A DNA stretch of 64,000 nt from the human T2T-CHM13v2.0 reference genome, Homo sapiens, in assembly GCF_009914755.1 (NCBI RefSeq), contig NC_060925.1, one strand, 5' to 3'. Position 1 is the stretch's first letter. Each line of letters opens with the position of its first letter. A program made the translations under genes and the position numbers. Positions 54,923 through 64,000 of this stretch are shown one piece after another. Below the pieces are notes generated by a model. The model saw only the letters and a list, made by a program, of their open reading frames with translations. It ran no database searches and was not told the DNA's origin.

Positions 54923-55224
54923 GGCCAGGCGCAGTGGCTCAACGCCTGTAATACCAGCACTTTAGGAGGCCGAGGCGGGTGGATCACAAGGTCGGGAGTT
55001 CAAGATCAGCCTGGCCAAGATGGTGAAACCCCATCTCTACGAAAAATACAAAAATTAGCTGGACGTGGTGGCAGGTGCCTGTAATCCCAGCTACTCAAGA
55101 GGGTGAGGCAGAGAATTGCTTGAACTTGGGAGGTGGAGGTTGCAGTGAGCTGAGATGGTGCCACTGCACTCCAGCCTGGGTGATAGAGAGTGAGACTCTG
55201 TCTCAAAAAAAAAAAAAAAAAAAA
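54923..55224 (+). mobile_element. Alu (S-like) with TSD aagagtgattaat
   Basis: Full dimer. Confidence 0.94.
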
Positions 55225-55555
55225 AGAGTGATTAATTAAAGAACTGACAAGCAGTGACCAAGGGTCAGTTTGAAATTAGGCAATATGAGTAGAGCTCTGT
55301 GCCTTTCTCTGCAGCTTAAAGTCAAAAGCAAACTAAGTAGATTGTCAGGGATATTCAGTATGGAGGAGGGCAATGAAGGCTAGAATGGTGTCCTTTCTCT
55401 GAAAGGAGTAAAATCCTACAACTATGGCAGGAGACATCTTGGAGACTTAACGTGATGTGGTATTTTTGTCTTAGAGCAAATGCCATTGTTTCCTGACGGA
55501 TTTCTGTGGTAGTTGGATCTTTGATTTCAAACCCAATATAAAGTTTCCTTAATAA

Positions 55556-56003
<448 letters not shown>

Positions 56004-56363
56004 ATTATCTTAATTCAGAGCTTTCCTTCCTCTAGGCAGAATTAGATAGAACTCCTCTTATGCTCTTGGAATTCACAGACTGTCCATAATACTGTAATAG
56101 CATTTATCACATTATAATGCAATTGATAATCTGAGCTTCTGGTTTTAGAAATTGTATCATAATTCTATTTTGTACCCCAGTGTTTGGCATGGTGCCAGTC
56201 ATATAGTAAATGTTCAATAGATATTTGATAAATGAATAAATAAATCAGAAGGATGGTCTCTTAATGCTTTTCAAAACACTAGGGAGTATATACAGAACAG
56301 ATGTCCCTACTTATGAGGAAAAAGCCCCAGATACTACATTTGGCCATTTTCTTCTTTAAACAG

Positions 56364-56481
56364 AGTCTACTAGATGACTGGGCAAGTAAGGGAACTCTGG
56401 TGGAAGAAATCAATTGCAAAGGTACTTCTTTAGAAAATCTCATCATGGAAATCACAGCACCTGATTCCCAAGGCAAGACAG
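56364..56481 (+). CDS. MACF1: MACF1 coding exon (SLLDDWASK...DSQGKT)
   Basis: tttcttctttaaacag|agt, g|gtgagt; phase 0-1. Confidence 0.93.
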
Positions 56482-56857
56482 GTGAGTACAGGCTCTTCAA
56501 AATATAGTGAATAAAAATTGCTCTTTGCTTTTGGCCTTTGGAGATGCCTCCTTATATAATTAAAGTGAAAATCAAGGTTGGATATGAAAACAAAGGGCAT
56601 GCCCAAAGCAGTCTTCCCCTGCAACCTGACCTGTCACCCCTTTTGCTATATAACATTGCTCCATTTTGCAAAATTCCTTCCCATGATGGAAAAAGTAAAT
56701 GAACTAGTTGTCCCACTTAGAACTATCAAATGAACACTGAATAATTAAAATGAGATTTTCATCTTGAGAATTTCCCTTTTTTGAATGTGTAAATGGGATG
56801 GGTAAGCATCATCTTTAAACTTGGGCACTGGCCAGCCACGAAGTCAGAAGATCAAAA

Positions 56858-59065
<2,208 letters not shown>

Positions 59066-59162
59066 TTATTTTATAGCATTTATCTGTTATGAAATCCATC
59101 AGTAAGAATATTGAGACTAACTTAACGAATATAAAAATTTGAAAAGGAAGATTATTGGATGA

Positions 59163-61196
<2,034 letters not shown>

Positions 61197-61476
61197 AACT
61201 ATTTTGTAATATAACCTTGCACATGACTTTTTGTACAGTGAAGTCAGTGCATATGAGAGTTTTCTGTCCTTTTAAAGTATCATTATGAATATTTTTCAGA
61301 TTTCTGTATAATATTTATCATTACCTCACCTGATTTTTACCTATCTTGGGAAACTTCTGAAATATAAGGAATCAGTTTGGGGAGAATGTATGTGAAATTA
61401 TGGTGATTAGAAACAGAACCAAAGGCCCAAAGCACAATTTATAAGAATGTTGATGAGCCAGATTTATTGGCACTTA

Positions 61477-61923
<447 letters not shown>

Positions 61924-62345
61924 TTAATGGTATTTTCATTTTTATTATATTGAAAGATATTGATATAAAAGGTGAAACTTTCTGGCTTTATTATAAAAGC
62001 TTATTCCAAAATATGGCAAGTACCATTCTAGACTGAATAATTTTACCAGTACTTGCTTCACAAAATTAGGGCGGCATCCAGAGAATTCAAGTTGGAGATT
62101 TAATAAAAAGGGAATACGAATTTCCTCTAGAAGGGATTAAGAATCATTCCTGCTAAGAACCTTGAGTGACGTTTTGTTGCCTGGCAGCTAAAATAATTTG
62201 TCTCTTTCCATGAGTATGTTGTCTTGTGCTGTGTTAACTTCCTGATACCTAAGCTTAAAGTGAGGGCCAAAGGACAAATTCAGTGCCTATATGTATTCCT
62301 AACACGTTGGTCTTGCCCTGTTTGTCTCCCTGTCCTTCTGCTCAG

Positions 62346-62408
62346 GTTCCATACTGCCCTCTGTAGGAAGCTCTGTAGGCAGTGTAAACGGATACCACAC
62401 CTGCAAAG
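62346..62408 (+). CDS. MACF1: MACF1 63-nt symmetric (phase 1-1) cassette-type exon (GSILPSVGSSVGSVNGYHTCK)
   Basis: CTAAC branch point 62299-62303, long pyrimidine tract, ctcag|gt, aag|gtgaga; open in the joined frame. Confidence 0.85.
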
Positions 62409-63087
62409 GTGAGAATGCCATTTCAACAGTGCTTCTTTGTTGGATGTGTTAGGACAGTGTCTATGTTTGCATCTGTGTATGTTGCAATATGTGGTGGAAG
62501 AACTGCTGCCAGAATGGGTGTGAGGATAAAAATCTGGGGAGAAGCAACTGTGGTTTGCTGGCTATAGACCATAAACAGGTTGGCAGCCCCTGAAGCTAAA
62601 GGTATTGTAGAAATACAATAGATTGGATCACTAGATAAGGCAAATAGGGAAGGAACTCAAAGAAAATATATGTTAATCTTTGAATTATAAAGAAGTTATA
62701 CTAGAGATAATCTAGTCTAGCTCTCAGCCTCCCAGCTAGGTGACTTCTCTGTAGTTTGGAGAAGAAGGAATGGAAGAATGCTCCAAGTCCCTTAATCCCA
62801 ATAGTAAACTAAGGTTAATTTCTTACTTTGCTCCCTTCACTTTTGTTGTTCCCATGTTTAGCATTTTAAGGTATACATCTGAGTATATAATGCCAAAACC
62901 AGAAAGCAGATTAATGAGAACGCTTTTGTTTTGTGTATATAAATGGGAACTTTTGTATGATTTAGCAGGAAGATAATCTCTAATTCACTAGAAGGAGTAA
63001 GAGAGATGCAAGTAATTTAGGAGTGAGGAGTCAAGGAGCATACTCGAAGAGCTGTCTCCAATCTGATTTCTGTTTCTATGATACTAG

Positions 63088-63329
63088 ATCTGACGGAGAT
63101 CCAGTGTGACATGTCAGATGTAAACTTGAAGTATGAGAAACTAGGGGGAGTACTTCATGAACGCCAGGAAAGCCTTCAGGCTATCCTCAACAGAATGGAG
63201 GAGGTTCACAAGGAGGCAAACTCTGTGCTGCAGTGGCTGGAATCAAAAGAGGAAGTCCTGAAATCCATGGATGCCATGTCATCTCCAACCAAGACAGAAA
63301 CAGTGAAAGCCCAAGCTGAATCTAACAAG
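63088..63329 (+). CDS. MACF1: MACF1 coding exon (DLTEIQCDM...AESNK)
   Basis: tttctatgatactag|at, aag|gtactg; phase 1-0. Confidence 0.93.
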
Positions 63330-64000
63330 GTACTGTGTTTACATTAGTTGCCTCCCAACACCAAGAGGAAGAGACAGCTGTACCAGTGTTCCTGCCCAAG
63401 CCCAGGTATCTGAGAGAGAGACATGGGCAACAATCTAGGCTGTGATGGGCAGTATGTTTGACATTCTAAATGATTAATATGCCTTAACTCTCCTAGAGAA
63501 TTTTCTTATGAAATTAGAAATTGTTATAAGTTAGATTCAGAAACAAAACCAGGTATGTTTGCAGAAAAAGAATAGCCCTCCCCAGAATCGTTAGCTCATT
63601 GAGAATGGGATCTCATTTTCTATATGATGCTGTAAGCAAGACAAACCATTCTTATCAAAGTATCTTTCCAATTCTTAGAGGGATCTAAATAACAGTGATT
63701 ACAGTTCATTCTTAAGATTGACATGTGAGACTAGGAAAAATGTCAGAAGATATAAGACCACAGAAAATCCTGTAGGCAAGTTTCACCAAAACTTTTAATA
63801 TTCCCATTGAGCGTAGCATCTCATCTCCTTCAAGATATGTTATCATCATATCTTGGTATTTTTAGTTTATTTTGATTAATAATTCCTTCTTATTGAGTTC
63901 TACTGATGTATTATACATAAAAGAAACTCAGATCCTGCCATTTAGATTTTCATTTTAAAATAAAAATTGAAGTAGAAGGGTTAAGTATCTTAACACCACT

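Overview
Primate (almost certainly human) genomic DNA from the middle of MACF1 (ACF7, a spectraplakin), transcribed on the + strand. I can place 27 coding exons with GT-AG boundaries whose phases join into one uninterrupted reading frame. They cover the end of the plakin region, a 5451-nt plectin-repeat giant exon (15093-20543), and spectrin-repeat rod exons. Introns carry about 45 Alus plus MIR, L1, L2, DNA transposons and a solo ERV1 LTR. The most striking unexplained signal lies in two non-repetitive intronic segments about 20 kb apart, ~12205-12500 and ~32440-32700. They are reverse-complementary in colinear antiparallel order, with a perfect 16-bp core extendable to ~29 bp, and they bracket exactly the five-exon plectin-repeat (MACF1b-type) block. 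Just inside this putative RNA duplex are an orphan strong donor (12608, ending an in-frame 18-nt microexon candidate) and an orphan strong acceptor (32405, preceded by a GCATG cluster). This suggests a structure-guided loop-out or nested-splicing switch between MACF1 isoform classes. Repeat family names and isoform assignments are from recall and by-eye reading, and repeat boundaries are approximate.
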